64,000 bases of DNA from Bacteroidota bacterium (GTDB taxonomy: Bacteria; Bacteroidota; Rhodothermia; JANXDC01): the NCBI GenBank assembly GCA_025059945.1, contig JANXDC010000011.1:141856-205855 (forward strand), given 5' to 3'. A program made the translations under genes and the position numbers. Each line of letters opens with the position of its first letter. Positions within the stretch are counted from its first letter, which is position 1. This document shows, in pieces, positions 48,209-59,454 of the stretch. The notes under the pieces were generated by a model. The model was not told where the DNA came from. It made no database searches and saw nothing but the letters and a program-made list of their open reading frames with translations.

Positions 48209-51200
48209 ATGCTGAAGCTGCTCACCAAATTGTTGGGCTCCAAGCATGAGCGCGACATCAAAAAGCTCATGCCCCTTGTAGAGCAAATCAACCGGCATTA
48301 CGAGCGCTTGCAGGCGCTCTCGGATGAGGAACTGCGCGCTAAGACCGAGGAATTTAAGGCGCGCATCCGGCAGCGCGTAGCGGAGATCGAGTCCGAAAAA
48401 TCCCAGATCGAAGCCCGTCTGGCTCAGGACGGATCCGTGGGCTCCGATGGGCGACTTGTTGAACTTTCCCCCTCGGAGCGCGAAGCGCTCTATGCACAAC
48501 TGGATGAGCTGGAGAAAGCCTGGCTGGAGACGGTCGAGGAGACTCTAGATGAGCTCCTGCCCGAGGCCTATGCGGTCGTCAAGGAGGCCTGCCGGCGTCT
48601 GTTGGGCAGGCGATGGACCGTCACGGGGCATGAGATCACTTGGGACATGGTGCCTTTCGATGTGCAGCTCATCGGCGCCATCGTACTCCATCAAGGCAAG
48701 ATCGCGGAGATGAAAACCGGCGAGGGGAAAACCCTCGTGGCCATCATGCCCGCTTACTTGAACGCGCTGGCCGGCCGCGGGGTCCATATCGTGACGGTCA
48801 ACGATTATCTGGCCCGGCGCGATGCGGAGTGGATGGGCCCGATTTACGAGTTTCTGGGCCTTACGGTCGATTGCATCGATCGATACCCTCCCAACACCCC
48901 GCAGCGCCGCAAGGCCTATGAGGCCGATGTGACCTATGGCACCAACAACGAGTTCGGCTTCGATTACCTGCGCGACAATATGGCCCTGCGGCCCGACCAG
49001 ATCGTGCAGCGCGGCCATCATTACGCGATCATCGACGAGGTAGACTCGATCCTGATCGATGAGGCGCGCACCCCCTTGATCATATCGGGTCCGGTTCCGG
49101 TAAGCGACGAAAACAAGTTCATCGAACTCAAGCCCCGCGTCGAGCGACTCGTCTACGCCCAACAGCGCCTCGTAGCCCAATGCGTGGCCGACGCCAAACG
49201 GGCCCTGGATGCCGGGGACACCGAGCGGGCTGGTCTGCTGCTATTTCGGGCCCATCGGGGCTTCCCCCGCAACAAGCAGCTCATGAAGATGCGCACCGAG
49301 GACGGGGCCATCGAGCGGCTCATCCAGAAGACCGAGCTCTATTACCTGCAGGAGCAGGGCAAGAACATGCACATCGTCGATGAGGAGCTGTACTTCGTCA
49401 TCGACGAAAAACACAACACCATCGAACTCACCGAAAAGGGCCGCCAGCTCATCACCGAACAGGGCGAGGACCCGGAGTTCTTTGTCATCCCCGATTTGGG
49501 CACCGAAACGGCCAAGATCGAACAGGAATTTCAGGAGCAAAAGCGTCAGCTGGAGGAGCGCCTGCGCAACGATCCGGACCTCTCAGAGGAAAAGCGTAAG
49601 CGCAAATGGGAGCAGGAGCTCAGCCTGCTGCGCAAGGAGAAGGAGGAGCGGCTGCAGCGGCTCTATCAGCTCTACGCCGAACGAGCCGAGCGCATCCACG
49701 CTGTGGAGCAGCTCTTGCGCGCCTATACGCTCTTCGAGAAGGACGTCGAGTACATCGTGCAAGACGGCAAGGTGCTCATCGTCGACGAACACACGGGGCG
49801 CATCTTGCCGGGCCGACGCTACTCCGATGGCCTGCATCAGGCCATAGAGGCCAAAGAAAACGTCAAGGTGGAGGCCGCCACCCAGACCTACGCCACGATC
49901 ACGCTGCAGAATTACTTCCGCATGTACCACAAGCTAGCCGGCATGACGGGCACGGCCGAGACGGAGGCGGCCGAATTCTACGAGATCTACAAGCTCGACG
50001 TGGTCGTCATCCCCACGCATAAGCCCGTTATCCGAATAGACAAAGAGGACGTGGTCTTTCGGACCAAGCGCGAAAAGTACAACGCCATCATCGAGAAGAT
50101 CCGAGAGTATCATCAGCGCGGCCAGCCTGTGCTCGTGGGCACCACAAGCGTCGAGGTCTCCGAGACCTTGAGCCGGATGCTACAGCGCGCCGGCATTCCG
50201 CACAACGTGCTCAACGCCAAACACCATCAGCGGGAGGCCGAGATCATCGCGCAGGCCGGCCAGAGAGGGGCCGTCACGATCGCCACCAATATGGCCGGTC
50301 GGGGCACGGACATTAAGCTCGGGCCCGGCGTTCGCGAACTGGGCGGGCTGGCCATCGTCGGCTCGGAGCGGCATGAGTCCCGGCGCATTGACAACCAGCT
50401 GCGCGGCCGCGCCGGCCGCCAGGGAGATCCGGGGGAGAGCCAGTTCTTCGTCTCGCTCGAAGACGATCTGATGCGGCTTTTCGGCTCAGATCGCATCGCG
50501 GGTATCATGGAGCGCTTCGGCATGAAGGAGGGCGAGACGATTCAGCACCCGATGGTGACCAGGGCCATCGAGCGGGCTCAGAAGCGGGTCGAGCAAAATC
50601 ACTTCGCCATCCGCAAGCGGCAACTGGAGTTCGACGACGTACTCAACAAGCAGCGGCAAACGATTTATGAGCTGCGTCGCAATGCGCTCTTGGGCCGGCG
50701 TGTGCGCGCGGATCTGGAGCACATGCTGGAGGACTTTGTCCACAACCTGGTAGCGCGTTACTACCCGGATGGCGACCTAGATGGACTGCGGATGGCACTT
50801 GTGCGGCATCTGGCGTTGGATTTGGAGCTGGACCGGGAACAGTTCCTCAAACTCGGCGAGGAAGGGGTGGCCGAACGCGCTCTAGAGGCCGCCCGGAGCG
50901 CATACCGGCGTAAAGAGGAGATCCTCTCGGAAGACTTTTTCCGCTTTGTTCGGCAAATCTACGAGAGCCCGTTGGAGCAGAAACCCGAATACGCCTCGGT
51001 GCTCTTCACCGACGGAAGCCGGTTTGTATTCGCCAACATCCAGCTAGAGGAGGCCCTGCGCAGCCAGGGGCATGAGCTGCTGCGCGCCCTCGAGCGGGCC
51101 ACGCTGTTGAGCTTTATCGATGAGCGCTGGACCGAGCACCTGCGCGATCTGGATGAATTGCGGGAGGGGATCCATCTGCGGGCCTACGGGCAGAAGGATC

Positions 51201-51571
51201 CCCTACTGGAGTACAAAATGGACGCCTTTGACCTCTTCCGGCGCATGATGGAGCGCTTGGGGGAGGAGGTGATTTCCTTTATCTGGCGGGCCATGCCCGC
51301 CGCCGAGGGGCAGGCTCACCGTCCCGCCCCCGCCCGGCCGCGCATGGATCTGGAGCGCGCCCGGGCTACGCACGAGTCCCTGACAGGTCTGGCCGCGCTG
51401 GTGCAGCCCGGAGCCTCTGGAGTCGGCCGCACCCCCGAGCGGCCGCGGGCTGCGGCGCCCGGGGAGCGCCTGCAACCGGTGGTGGTGGGGGAAAAAATCG
51501 GCCGCAACGAACCCTGCCCCTGCGGAAGCGGGAAAAAATACAAGCACTGCCACGGTCGCTTTGAAGCCTGA
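48209..51571 (+). CDS. secA: preprotein translocase subunit SecA (long form, with C-terminal zinc-binding tail)
   Basis: [21 protein letters not shown]-terminus, DEAD-like motor motifs, and a C-terminal [14 protein letters not shown]. Start at the ATG at 48209. The track ORF's upstream 26 codons are unsupported. Confidence 0.9.
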   Translation: MLKLLTKLLGSKHERDIKKLMPLVEQINRHYERLQALSDEELRAKTEEFKARIRQRVAEIESEKSQIEARLAQDGSVGSDGRLVELSPSEREALYAQLDELEKAWLETVEETLDELLPEAYAVVKEACRRLLGRRWTVTGHEITWDMVPFDVQLIGAIVLHQGKIAEMKTGEGKTLVAIMPAYLNALAGRGVHIVTVNDYLARRDAEWMGPIYEFLGLTVDCIDRYPPNTPQRRKAYEADVTYGTNNEFGFDYLRDNMALRPDQIVQRGHHYAIIDEVDSILIDEARTPLIISGPVPVSDENKFIELKPRVERLVYAQQRLVAQCVADAKRALDAGDTERAGLLLFRAHRGFPRNKQLMKMRTEDGAIERLIQKTELYYLQEQGKNMHIVDEELYFVIDEKHNTIELTEKGRQLITEQGEDPEFFVIPDLGTETAKIEQEFQEQKRQLEERLRNDPDLSEEKRKRKWEQELSLLRKEKEERLQRLYQLYAERAERIHAVEQLLRAYTLFEKDVEYIVQDGKVLIVDEHTGRILPGRRYSDGLHQAIEAKENVKVEAATQTYATITLQNYFRMYHKLAGMTGTAETEAAEFYEIYKLDVVVIPTHKPVIRIDKEDVVFRTKREKYNAIIEKIREYHQRGQPVLVGTTSVEVSETLSRMLQRAGIPHNVLNAKHHQREAEIIAQAGQRGAVTIATNMAGRGTDIKLGPGVRELGGLAIVGSERHESRRIDNQLRGRAGRQGDPGESQFFVSLEDDLMRLFGSDRIAGIMERFGMKEGETIQHPMVTRAIERAQKRVEQNHFAIRKRQLEFDDVLNKQRQTIYELRRNALLGRRVRADLEHMLEDFVHNLVARYYPDGDLDGLRMALVRHLALDLELDREQFLKLGEEGVAERALEAARSAYRRKEEILSEDFFRFVRQIYESPLEQKPEYASVLFTDGSRFVFANIQLEEALRSQGHELLRALERATLLSFIDERWTEHLRDLDELREGIHLRAYGQKDPLLEYKMDAFDLFRRMMERLGEEVISFIWRAMPAAEGQAHRPAPARPRMDLERARATHESLTGLAALVQPGASGVGRTPERPRAAAPGERLQPVVVGEKIGRNEPCPCGSGKKYKHCHGRFEA

Positions 51572-51585
51572 GCGCCGCCAAGACG

Positions 51586-53292
51586 ATGCTGCGGACGCTC
51601 TACATCCGGGATTACGCCCTGATAGAGGAATTGGACGTATCCTTCGGCCCCGGGCTCAACATCCTAACCGGAGAAACCGGGGCCGGCAAGTCCATCCTGA
51701 TCGGCGCCCTAAAGCTTCTGCTGGGCGATCGCGCAAGCCCGGATCGCATCCGCAAGGGCGCCTCTAAGGCCATCTTGGAGGCAACGCTGGATGTGCTCCC
51801 GGACGACGAACGCGTGCGCCGCTACCTGGCCGAGCAGGGCATCGAGGCGGAATCGACCCTTTGCCTGCGTCGGGAGATCAGCCCCAACCAAAGCCGAGCC
51901 TTCGTAAACGATACCCCCGTCACACTGCCCGTGCTGCGGGAGCTGGGCTCTTATCTGGTGGACCTGCATGGCCAACACGAACATCAATCGCTTCTGCGCG
52001 TAGAGCAGCATGGCTACCTGCTGGACAGCGTATCGGGCTTAGGCCCGCAGCTAGAGGCCTATCAGGAGCGCTATCGCCGCTACCAGGCCCTGCTGCGGCA
52101 ACGGCAGGCGCTGGAGGAGAGGGCCAAGCAGATGCGCGAGCGGCGCGAGCTGTACGCCTTCCAGGCTCAAGAGATCGACGCCGTAGCCCCCTCTGTGGAG
52201 GAGGAGGCGGCTCTGGAGGCCGAGCGCCGCCGGTTGGAGAACGCCGAGCGCCTGTATGCGAGCACAGCCCAGCTGCGGGCTTTGCTGAGCGAATCCGAGG
52301 GAGCGGTCCTGGGCCAGCTGGCCACCTCGGCTGAGGAGCTAGAGGAATTGGCCCGGATTGATGCGGCCTTTGCTCCGTGGTCGCGCGAGCTGCGCTCGGC
52401 TCTGGTAACCTTGGAGGAACTGGCCCGTTTTCTGTTGGACTACCAGGGCCGCATCGCCTTCGATCCGGAGCGCCTGGAGGCGATCCGAGGGCGTCTGGGC
52501 GCCTTTGAACGGCTAAAGCGCCGCTACGGAGGCGCTCTAGAGGCGGTGCTCCTCTACCGAGAGCGAATCGGACGCGAGCTGGAGGCCGCAGACCAGTACG
52601 AAGCCGAACGCGCCCGCCTGGAAGAGGCGCTCGGCGAGTGGGGCAAAAGCTTATCGGAGGCCGCCTGGGCCCTTTCGGAGGCCCGTCACAGGGCCGCCGG
52701 CGCAATAGAATCGGCCGTCGTGGCCGAGCTAGTGCAGCTCGGCATTCCGCATGCCCGCTTTGCGGTGCGCCTAGAGCGGGAGTCCGACCCGGAGGGTTGG
52801 GTGCAGGGCCCAGATGGGCGCCGTTACGCGGCTGGCCCCCGGGGCATAGACCGGGTGGAGTTCCTCATCAGCACCAATCCCGGTGAGGATCTCAAGGAGC
52901 TAGCGCGCATCGCCTCCGGGGGCGAGATCTCCCGGATTATGCTTGCCCTCAAACGCATCTTGGCCCGCAGCGAGCGCCTGCCGATTATGGTCTTCGATGA
53001 GATCGATACGGGCATTTCCGGTGCGATCGCGGCCAAGGTGGGCCGCAGCTTAAAGGAGCTAGCCCAATTTCATCAGGTGATCGCCATCACCCACCTGCCT
53101 CAAATCGCCTCTCAAGCCGATCTTCACTTCCTTGTGGAAAAGGTTCTGCATAAAGGCCGAGCCGTAACGCGGCTGCGGCTTCTGGAGGAATCCGAACGCC
53201 CATACGAGATCGCCCGTTTGCTCAGCGCAGACGCCGTGACGGAAAAGGCCCTCGAGAGCGCTCGAGAGCTTTTGCAGGCCGCCCGCTGTTGA
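51586..53292 (+). CDS. recN: DNA repair protein RecN
   Basis: N-terminal Walker A (LTGETGAGKSIL), a central coiled coil and a C-terminal signature/Walker B (LPIMVFDEIDTGISG). Confidence 0.9.
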   Translation: MLRTLYIRDYALIEELDVSFGPGLNILTGETGAGKSILIGALKLLLGDRASPDRIRKGASKAILEATLDVLPDDERVRRYLAEQGIEAESTLCLRREISPNQSRAFVNDTPVTLPVLRELGSYLVDLHGQHEHQSLLRVEQHGYLLDSVSGLGPQLEAYQERYRRYQALLRQRQALEERAKQMRERRELYAFQAQEIDAVAPSVEEEAALEAERRRLENAERLYASTAQLRALLSESEGAVLGQLATSAEELEELARIDAAFAPWSRELRSALVTLEELARFLLDYQGRIAFDPERLEAIRGRLGAFERLKRRYGGALEAVLLYRERIGRELEAADQYEAERARLEEALGEWGKSLSEAAWALSEARHRAAGAIESAVVAELVQLGIPHARFAVRLERESDPEGWVQGPDGRRYAAGPRGIDRVEFLISTNPGEDLKELARIASGGEISRIMLALKRILARSERLPIMVFDEIDTGISGAIAAKVGRSLKELAQFHQVIAITHLPQIASQADLHFLVEKVLHKGRAVTRLRLLEESERPYEIARLLSADAVTEKALESARELLQAARC

Positions 53293-53331
53293 AAAAAGCC
53301 CCTTCCTAACAGGAAAGGAGCGTGTCGCCAT

Positions 53332-54804
53332 ATGAGTGCGCTTTACGTCTACAACACGCTCACGCGCCAAAAGGAGGCCTTCCAACCCTTGGACCCGGCG
53401 CTTGTGCGCGTCTACGTCTGCGGCCCAACCGTGTACGACCACGCCCATCTCGGGCATGCCAAAAGCTACGTGAGCTTCGACGTCATTCGGCGTTACCTCG
53501 GCTACCTGGGCTATCGGGTCCGATATGTGCAGAACATAACCGACGTAGGACACCTGATGGGCGATGCGGACGAAGGAGAGGACAAGCTTCTGCTGGCCGC
53601 CCGGCGCGAGAAACTGGAGCCTATGGAGGTCGCCGAAAAATACCTGCGCAGCTTCACCGAGGATATGGAGCGGCTGCGGGTTCGGCCCCCGGATATCCAG
53701 CCTCGCGCCAGCGGGCATATTCCGGAGCAGCTGGAGCTCATAGAGCGCCTGCTGGAGCGCGGCTACGCCTACGTGGTCAACGGATCCGTCTACTTTGATG
53801 TGAGCAAGGACCCCGATTACGGCAAGCTTTCGGGCCGGCGCATAGAAGAGCTCTTAGCCGGTTCTCGAGAGGGGCTTGAGGGGATGAGCGAAAAACGCCA
53901 TCCCGCCGACTTCGCCCTCTGGAAACGGGCTGAGCCCGGACATCTGCTGCGCTGGCGCAGCCCATGGGGGATTGGCTATCCGGGCTGGCATATTGAGTGC
54001 TCGGCCATGAGCATGCGATACCTGGGGCCCCAGTTTGACATCCACGGAGGGGGGCTGGAGAATCAGTTCCCGCATCACGAATGCGAGATCGCCCAAAGCG
54101 AATCGGCCACGAGCCTGGAGCCCTTTGTGCGCTACTGGTTGCACAACAACATGGTCACGGTGGGCGGTCAGAAGATGGGCAAATCTCTGGGCAACGCCAT
54201 CTACCTTAAGCAGCTCTTTAGCGGCGAGCACCCCCTTTTGGAGCAGGGCTACGATCCGCTGGTGGTGCGGTTTTTCATCCTGCAAAGCCACTATCGCAGC
54301 CCGCTTGATTTCTCCAACGAGGCCCTGCAGGCGGCCGAGCGGGGCTGGGGGAACCTCGCCGATGCCGTGCGCCTGCTCGAGGAGGCATCCTCGGGCGAGG
54401 GTTCGCCCTTGGATGCCGAGGTCTACCGGCTGCGCCTGGAGGCGGCCATGAACGAGGACTTCAATACGGCGCAGGCCCTGGCCGTGCTCTTTGAGCTGCT
54501 CAAGGAGACGCGGGCGCGCCTGCTGGCCGGACAGGCACCGGCCAACCTGGAGCAGGTGCGCCTGCTTGTACGCACTTGGCTGGATGAAGTCCTGGGCCTA
54601 TGGCCTCCCCTGGAGTTGCGGACACCGGCCGAGCCACAGCTACGGGCCCTTCTGGAGCTTGTGCTCGAGCTGCGCCAGCGGGCTCGAGCGGAACGCCGCT
54701 GGGAGCTCGCCGATGCGATCCGAGACCGGCTGGCCCAGATCGGCATCGAAGTGCAAGATACCCCCCAAGGGCCGGCTTGGCGCTTTCGGCCCCGGCCAAG
54801 CTAG
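53332..54804 (+). CDS. cysS: cysteine--tRNA ligase
   Basis: HLGHA (HIGH) and KMGKS (KMSKS) class I motifs. 490 aa. Confidence 0.9.
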   Translation: MSALYVYNTLTRQKEAFQPLDPALVRVYVCGPTVYDHAHLGHAKSYVSFDVIRRYLGYLGYRVRYVQNITDVGHLMGDADEGEDKLLLAARREKLEPMEVAEKYLRSFTEDMERLRVRPPDIQPRASGHIPEQLELIERLLERGYAYVVNGSVYFDVSKDPDYGKLSGRRIEELLAGSREGLEGMSEKRHPADFALWKRAEPGHLLRWRSPWGIGYPGWHIECSAMSMRYLGPQFDIHGGGLENQFPHHECEIAQSESATSLEPFVRYWLHNNMVTVGGQKMGKSLGNAIYLKQLFSGEHPLLEQGYDPLVVRFFILQSHYRSPLDFSNEALQAAERGWGNLADAVRLLEEASSGEGSPLDAEVYRLRLEAAMNEDFNTAQALAVLFELLKETRARLLAGQAPANLEQVRLLVRTWLDEVLGLWPPLELRTPAEPQLRALLELVLELRQRARAERRWELADAIRDRLAQIGIEVQDTPQGPAWRFRPRPS

Positions 54805-54828
54805 GGATCTCGTTGCGCAAAAGCCCGC

Positions 54829-55932
54829 TTGGGCCTACCTTATGTTGTTTCGGATACAAGGGGTCGCCTGAGGGTGCATCCGTCAGCCTGGTTGCGCAGG
54901 CAGCGCCTGTCCCGACGGCATCTGTTTACGCCGCTTCTTTTGAGCTTGGGCGTGCTCGTTGGGATCGCCATTGGCCTTGGCGAGCCAAGCCCGTGGCATC
55001 TGCTGCGGGGCGCTTTTGACGGACGCTGGCTCGCCGTGGCGCTGTTGTTGCTGGGAGCCTCTCTGGGGCTGCGCACCCTACGGCTGCGCTGGCTTGCCGC
55101 CGGGCGGCTCTCATGGCGCGCGGCTTGGCGGGTGCAGCTTTGGTGGGAGTTTGCGGGCACCGTTACGCCCTCCAGCATCGGTGGGGCCCCGGCGGCTGTA
55201 TACTTTATGTGCCGCGAGCGCATGCGCGCGGGAGTGGCCTCCTCTGTGGCGCTTCTGGCCGTGCTCTTCGATCAACTGTGGCTGGCCACGCTCGTCTTCG
55301 CTCTTTGCGTAAGCGCCTGGTATGTGCCGCTTTTCCCGCTGGGGGGGGCGCTTAAAGGAGGAGCTGTCCTGTTGCTAGCCCTGCCGCTCGGATGGACCGG
55401 CTTGTTGGGCTATCTGGTGCTGCGTCCGGATTGGATTCCACGCATCGGGCAGCGTATCTGTCGGCTTGGGCTTTTTAGACGCTATCAGGAGCTTGTGCAG
55501 CGGGAGCTGCAGGAGCTTGTGGTGCGCTCCCGGGAGTTTCGTAGGCGGCCTCTGGGGTTTTTCTTCAAAGGGTACGCGCTCACGCTACTGGTCTGGTTGA
55601 CCCGCATGGGGGTGTTGTTGGCCGTGGTGGCCAGCCTGGTGCCCTCCGCGGACTGGCTGCTTCTGTTTTTGCGTCAAGCTCTGTTGCTGCTAGGAGGCCT
55701 TCTCATTCCCACCCCAGGGGGCAGTGGAGGCGTGGAGGGGCTCTTCATGCTGCTCGTAGCGCCCCTGCTACCCCGTGCTTTTCGTGTGCCCATACTAGGA
55801 CTGTGGCGTCTGCTGACGTATCATCTCCTCGTTCTAAGCGGCCTGGGTCTGCTGGCGCGTCAGGTGCGCAAGGGCCGCACAGCTTGCAGACGCGCCATGG
55901 CGCCGCTGACCCCGCAGGTGGAGTATTCGTAG
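54829..55932 (+). CDS. flippase-like domain membrane protein (UPF0104 / lysylphosphatidylglycerol-synthase-TM-region family)
   Basis: About 8 TM helices with UPF0104-like Arg-rich loops. The start is uncertain. Confidence 0.5.
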   Translation: MGLPYVVSDTRGRLRVHPSAWLRRQRLSRRHLFTPLLLSLGVLVGIAIGLGEPSPWHLLRGAFDGRWLAVALLLLGASLGLRTLRLRWLAAGRLSWRAAWRVQLWWEFAGTVTPSSIGGAPAAVYFMCRERMRAGVASSVALLAVLFDQLWLATLVFALCVSAWYVPLFPLGGALKGGAVLLLALPLGWTGLLGYLVLRPDWIPRIGQRICRLGLFRRYQELVQRELQELVVRSREFRRRPLGFFFKGYALTLLVWLTRMGVLLAVVASLVPSADWLLLFLRQALLLLGGLLIPTPGGSGGVEGLFMLLVAPLLPRAFRVPILGLWRLLTYHLLVLSGLGLLARQVRKGRTACRRAMAPLTPQVEYS

Positions 55933-55997
55933 CCCCCTTAGCCGTAACATCGCTTCTGGCTCCCAGATCTTACCTGCGAAGAGCAGGGCAAGGTCTT

Positions 55998-56717
55998 ATG
56001 CGGCTGCTATGGCGCGCCCTAAGGCATTGGGTTTTTCCGGACCTTTGCCTGGCCTGCGGAGAGCGACTCAGAGCTGAGGAGGTGCGCATATGCCGTCTTT
56101 GTCTGGCCACCTGGCCCCGGGCCGACCTGGAGCGGGTGGGGCTTCCGGGGCCCTGGCGGGCGCGGGCTCTGGATTGGGTCACGGCCGTGTGGGTATATGA
56201 TGCGCAGGATCGGGTGCAGCGGGCGGTGTATGCGCTCAAGTACCGAGGGTTTTCTCGACTCGCCTGGGAGTTAGGGCCCATACTAGCAGAGCAGGTCCGC
56301 GAACGCGCTCAAGAAGTCGGCCTAAGGGCTTTGGTGCCCGTCCCGCTTCATCGCCGGCGGCTGCGAGAGCGCGGCTATAACCAGAGCGAACGCCTAGCCG
56401 AGGCCGTGGGGGCCGTCTTGGGGCTTCCGGTCTGGAACGCGCTGGAACGTCTTCGTCCCACGCGCTCCCAGACCGGACTTGGTCCCTCGGAGCGCCTGCA
56501 AAACGTTCAAGGGGCCTTCCGGGTCCGAAATGGGGAGGACCTGCGCGGTTTGAGGCTATTGCTTGTCGACGATGTGCTGACCACGGGGGCCACGCTTGCC
56601 GCCTGTGCGCAGGCGCTCCGGATGGCCGGAGCCGATTGGGTGGGCGGGCTCGCGTTGGCCACCGTGCCGAGCAACGTCGCTCGTTCCCTCTCGCCTGAAG
56701 CCCATAGGACCAAGTAA
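55998..56717 (+). CDS. comF: ComF family protein (competence protein F-like phosphoribosyltransferase)
   Basis: N-terminal Cys-x2-Cys ... Cys-x2-Cys zinc finger (CLACGER...CRLC) and a C-terminal PRTase motif LLLVDDVLTTGATL. Start at the ATG at 55998. Confidence 0.75.
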   Translation: MRLLWRALRHWVFPDLCLACGERLRAEEVRICRLCLATWPRADLERVGLPGPWRARALDWVTAVWVYDAQDRVQRAVYALKYRGFSRLAWELGPILAEQVRERAQEVGLRALVPVPLHRRRLRERGYNQSERLAEAVGAVLGLPVWNALERLRPTRSQTGLGPSERLQNVQGAFRVRNGEDLRGLRLLLVDDVLTTGATLAACAQALRMAGADWVGGLALATVPSNVARSLSPEAHRTK

Positions 56718-56748
56718 CTTTGTCCGGTTCAAGCTATACTAAAGACAC

Positions 56749-57885
56749 GTGTCGCGGCATTTTTCTGCGCGTTCGATTCGGCCGGAGGCCCAGCGTCTGT
56801 TTAGACGCGCTCAACGGCTGCATGAACAGAGCCGATTTTGGGAGGCGGCTCGCCTATACATACAGGCTGCTAGTCGAGCCCAATCCCAGCCCGATCTGCG
56901 CGCCCGGGCTTATCTCGGGGCCGCGCATGCGCTGCGTCTGGTGGGCCGCTTCCGTCAAGCCCTAGGCTGTTACACCAGGGCGCAGGGGATCGCCTCGGTC
57001 GCCGCTCAAGAGGACCTAGCTGTGGATGCGCTTGTAGGGGGCGCCATGGCTCTGCGGGCTCTGGGACGCCTTGAGGAGGCGCATGCGCAATTTTCCGCTG
57101 CGCTGGCCTTTTATCAGGGTCACCGGGACGAGGAGGGTCGGGCCTACGTCTTGTGGGGGCTCGGGGGTCTGTTGCGGCTTAAAGGAGACTTTCTTGCGGC
57201 TCAAGCGCATCTAGAGGAGGCCTTGGAAATTTGCACGCGCACCGGTCAGCCCGAGGCCGAAGCGTACGTCCGATGCGCTCTGGGGGGGCTAAGCCGCATG
57301 CGGGGCGCCTACGAGGCCTCCTTGGAACAGTACGAAAGGGCCGATGGGCTTATGCGCCGGAATGGAGACCTCTTCGGTCAGGCCTACGCGGCCTGCGGGG
57401 TGGCCAATGCGCACCGGATGCTAGCCCACTGGGATGAGGCGCTTCGGTGTTTTGCGCGAGCTCAAGAGCTGTACCGCCAAATCGGAGACCGCGTCAGCTA
57501 CGCCTACACCCTCTGGGGGGAGGGCACGCTCTGGAAGGTGCGGGGGGAGCTCGATGCGGCTCGGTGGCGTTTTCGCGAGGCGACCGCCCTTTTTCGGGCT
57601 ACGCAAGATAACCGGGGGCTGGCCTACGCGTATCTGGGACTAGCGGAGCTGGCCCTTCTGGAGGGTCGCGCGCTGGGGCGCGCACGTCGATACGTGCAGG
57701 CGGCTTGGGACCGAGCTAACCGACACGGATACCGCTTTGAGCGCCTGCACGCCGAGCTGCTGACTCTGTGCCTAGAGGGTGAACGTTCCCAAGAGGTCGA
57801 AGGGCGCCTACGCGCCGCCTATCGGGCTTGTGGCTCGGGATGGTTGGAAAATCAGGAGCTTGCTCTGCCGCTCAACATCCCATAA
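56749..57885 (+). CDS. tetratricopeptide repeat protein
   Basis: Repeated 34-aa A/L/Y/G-rich TPR units throughout the 378 aa. Confidence 0.6.
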   Translation: MSRHFSARSIRPEAQRLFRRAQRLHEQSRFWEAARLYIQAASRAQSQPDLRARAYLGAAHALRLVGRFRQALGCYTRAQGIASVAAQEDLAVDALVGGAMALRALGRLEEAHAQFSAALAFYQGHRDEEGRAYVLWGLGGLLRLKGDFLAAQAHLEEALEICTRTGQPEAEAYVRCALGGLSRMRGAYEASLEQYERADGLMRRNGDLFGQAYAACGVANAHRMLAHWDEALRCFARAQELYRQIGDRVSYAYTLWGEGTLWKVRGELDAARWRFREATALFRATQDNRGLAYAYLGLAELALLEGRALGRARRYVQAAWDRANRHGYRFERLHAELLTLCLEGERSQEVEGRLRAAYRACGSGWLENQELALPLNIP

Positions 57886-57902
57886 AGCCGGCCGAAACGT
57901 CC

Positions 57903-57931
57903 TTGACAAGCTAAAAAGGAGGCGGTTAACT
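57903..57931 (+). promoter_or_regulatory. sigma70-like promoter TTGACA-N17-TTAACT upstream of the tRNA array
   Basis: Consensus -35 box with 17-nt spacing to a TTAACT -10 box, about 80 nt upstream of the first tRNA. Confidence 0.35.
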
Positions 57932-58012
57932 TTGTCGACGCGCTTGTATGCGCTTGATCCGATAAGCGCAACGCGCTGTAACGTCACGCCCCTGACGTGT
58001 TCTATCTAAGAG

Positions 58013-58085
58013 GCTGGCGTAGCTCAACAGGTAGAGCGGCTGACTTGTAATCAGCAGGGTGAGGGTTCGAGTCCCTTCGCCAGCT
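58013..58085 (+). tRNA. tRNA-Thr (anticodon TGT)
   Basis: Cloverleaf: 7-bp acceptor stem GCTGGCG/CGCCAGC, anticodon loop CTTGTAA, T-loop TTCGAGT. Confidence 0.85.
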
Positions 58086-58109
58086 CCGTCTGGTGGGCTT
58101 ATGGTGAAC

Positions 58110-58193
58110 GGGCAGGTACCGAAGCGGCCAAACGGGGCAGACTGTAAATCTGCTGGCTTCATGCCTTCGGAGGTTCGAATCCTCCCCTGCCCA
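58110..58193 (+). tRNA. tRNA-Tyr (anticodon GTA, long variable arm)
   Basis: Acceptor GGGCAGG/CCTGCCC, anticodon loop ACTGTAAAT region, T-loop TTCGAAT. 84 nt. Confidence 0.8.
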
Positions 58194-58202
58194 CAGGGCT
58201 AA

Positions 58203-58275
58203 GCGGGTGTAGCTCAGTTGGTAGAGCGCGAGCCTTCCAAGCTCGTGGTCGCGGGTTCGAATCCCGTCGCCCGCT
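58203..58275 (+). tRNA. tRNA-Gly (anticodon TCC)
   Basis: Acceptor GCGGGTG/CGCCCGC, anticodon loop CTTCCAA, T-loop TTCGAAT. Confidence 0.85.
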
Positions 58276-58287
58276 CCCCAGAAACGA

Positions 58288-58360
58288 GCCAACGTAGCTC
58301 AGTCGGCAGAGCACTTCCATGGTAAGGAAGGGGTCGCCGGTTCGAATCCGGCCGTTGGCT
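58288..58360 (+). tRNA. tRNA-Thr (anticodon GGT)
   Basis: Acceptor GCCAACG/CGTTGGC, anticodon loop ATGGTAA, T-loop TTCGAAT. Confidence 0.8.
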
Positions 58361-58368
58361 CTAGCCCT

Positions 58369-58441
<73 letters not shown>

Positions 58442-58450
58442 CCGGCGTGG

Positions 58451-58524
58451 GGCGACGTGGCCGAGCGGTCAGGCAGAGGTCTGCAAAACCTCCTACGGCG
58501 GTTCGAATCCGCCCGTCGCCTCCA
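58451..58524 (+). tRNA. tRNA-Cys (anticodon GCA), 3' CCA encoded
   Basis: Acceptor GGCGACG/CGTCGCC, 3-bp D-stem, anticodon loop CTGCAAA, T-loop TTCGAAT, then TCCA. Confidence 0.7.
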
Positions 58525-58567
58525 GGAGCAGCACTTCGCGCCCCACGACGCGAAAGGAGTCCGATCC

Positions 58568-58750
58568 ATGCAGAAAATCCGCCAGTTCTTCGAGGACGTC
58601 GTTCGGGAAATGAGCAAGGTCAATTGGCCCTCGCAGCAGGAGCTGCGAGACAACACCGTCGTGGTGCTCATCTTCTCCCTGCTGTTGAGCCTGTTTATTT
58701 TCGTCTCCGATGAGTTGTTCACGCTTGGCCTAGAGGCCATTCTGAAATAA
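58568..58750 (+). CDS. secE: preprotein translocase subunit SecE (60 aa, single TM)
   Basis: MQKIRQFFEDVVREMSKVNWPS ... one TM helix. It sits between the tRNA array and nusG. Start at the ATG at 58568, inside the longer track ORF. Confidence 0.85.
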   Translation: MQKIRQFFEDVVREMSKVNWPSQQELRDNTVVVLIFSLLLSLFIFVSDELFTLGLEAILK

Positions 58751-58764
58751 GGGTTTGTCTGGAG

Positions 58765-59322
58765 ATGGCTGCGACGACGGAAGGGCTGCGCAAGTGGTAT
58801 GTGGTCAAGACCCGCACGGGTCAGGAGAGGAAGTTCGTCGCCTACATGGAGCACGAGCTGCGCCGTTCTAGGAGTCTGCAGGAGAAGGTGGGGCAGATAC
58901 TGGTGCCGGCGGAAACCGTAGTGGAAGTGCGGGGGGGCAAAAAGCGTATGCGCGAGCGCACCTTTTTCCCCAGTTACGTACTTCTGGAGGCGGTTTTGGA
59001 TAATGAAGTGAAGCACGTGGTGTTGAGCTCCAGCGCCGTTTTAGGATTTTTGTCCACAGGCAAAGAACCTACCCCCTTGCGGCCCGAGGAGGTGAATCGC
59101 ATCCTGGGGCGTGTCGACGAGGCCCGTCAGGGAGGAGTCGTAGAGGTCCCGTTTCGGCCCGGGGAGTGGGTTCGCATCACGAGCGGTCCCTTCCAGGATT
59201 TTGAGGGCACCGTGGAAGAGGTTAACCCCGAAAAGATGAAAGTCAAGGTCATGGTCTCCATATTCGGCCGTAAAACCCCGGTCGAGGTGGATTTCTCCCA
59301 GGTGCGCGCGCAAGACGAGTGA
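58765..59322 (+). CDS. nusG: transcription termination/antitermination factor NusG
   Basis: NGN domain (KWYVVKTRTGQE) and a C-terminal KOW (GEWVRITSGPFQDFEGTVEEV). Confidence 0.9.
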   Translation: MAATTEGLRKWYVVKTRTGQERKFVAYMEHELRRSRSLQEKVGQILVPAETVVEVRGGKKRMRERTFFPSYVLLEAVLDNEVKHVVLSSSAVLGFLSTGKEPTPLRPEEVNRILGRVDEARQGGVVEVPFRPGEWVRITSGPFQDFEGTVEEVNPEKMKVKVMVSIFGRKTPVEVDFSQVRAQDE

Positions 59323-59454
59323 ACGCAACCGTGCCCGTCTCCTATGTCTTCCGGGCGCTGTTCCTTCAGGTCCTCTCAGGGCAGCCGGAAGAGGGCTTCT
59401 CGTAGGCAGACGGCGCGTGTCCATAGATCCTCGAACCGATAAGCGGTAGACGTC

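Noticed and set aside
51709-52705. ORFs 51709..52011(-), 51861..52334(+), 51920..52705(-) overlapping recN
   Set aside because: Alternative or antisense frames of recN with low-complexity translations.
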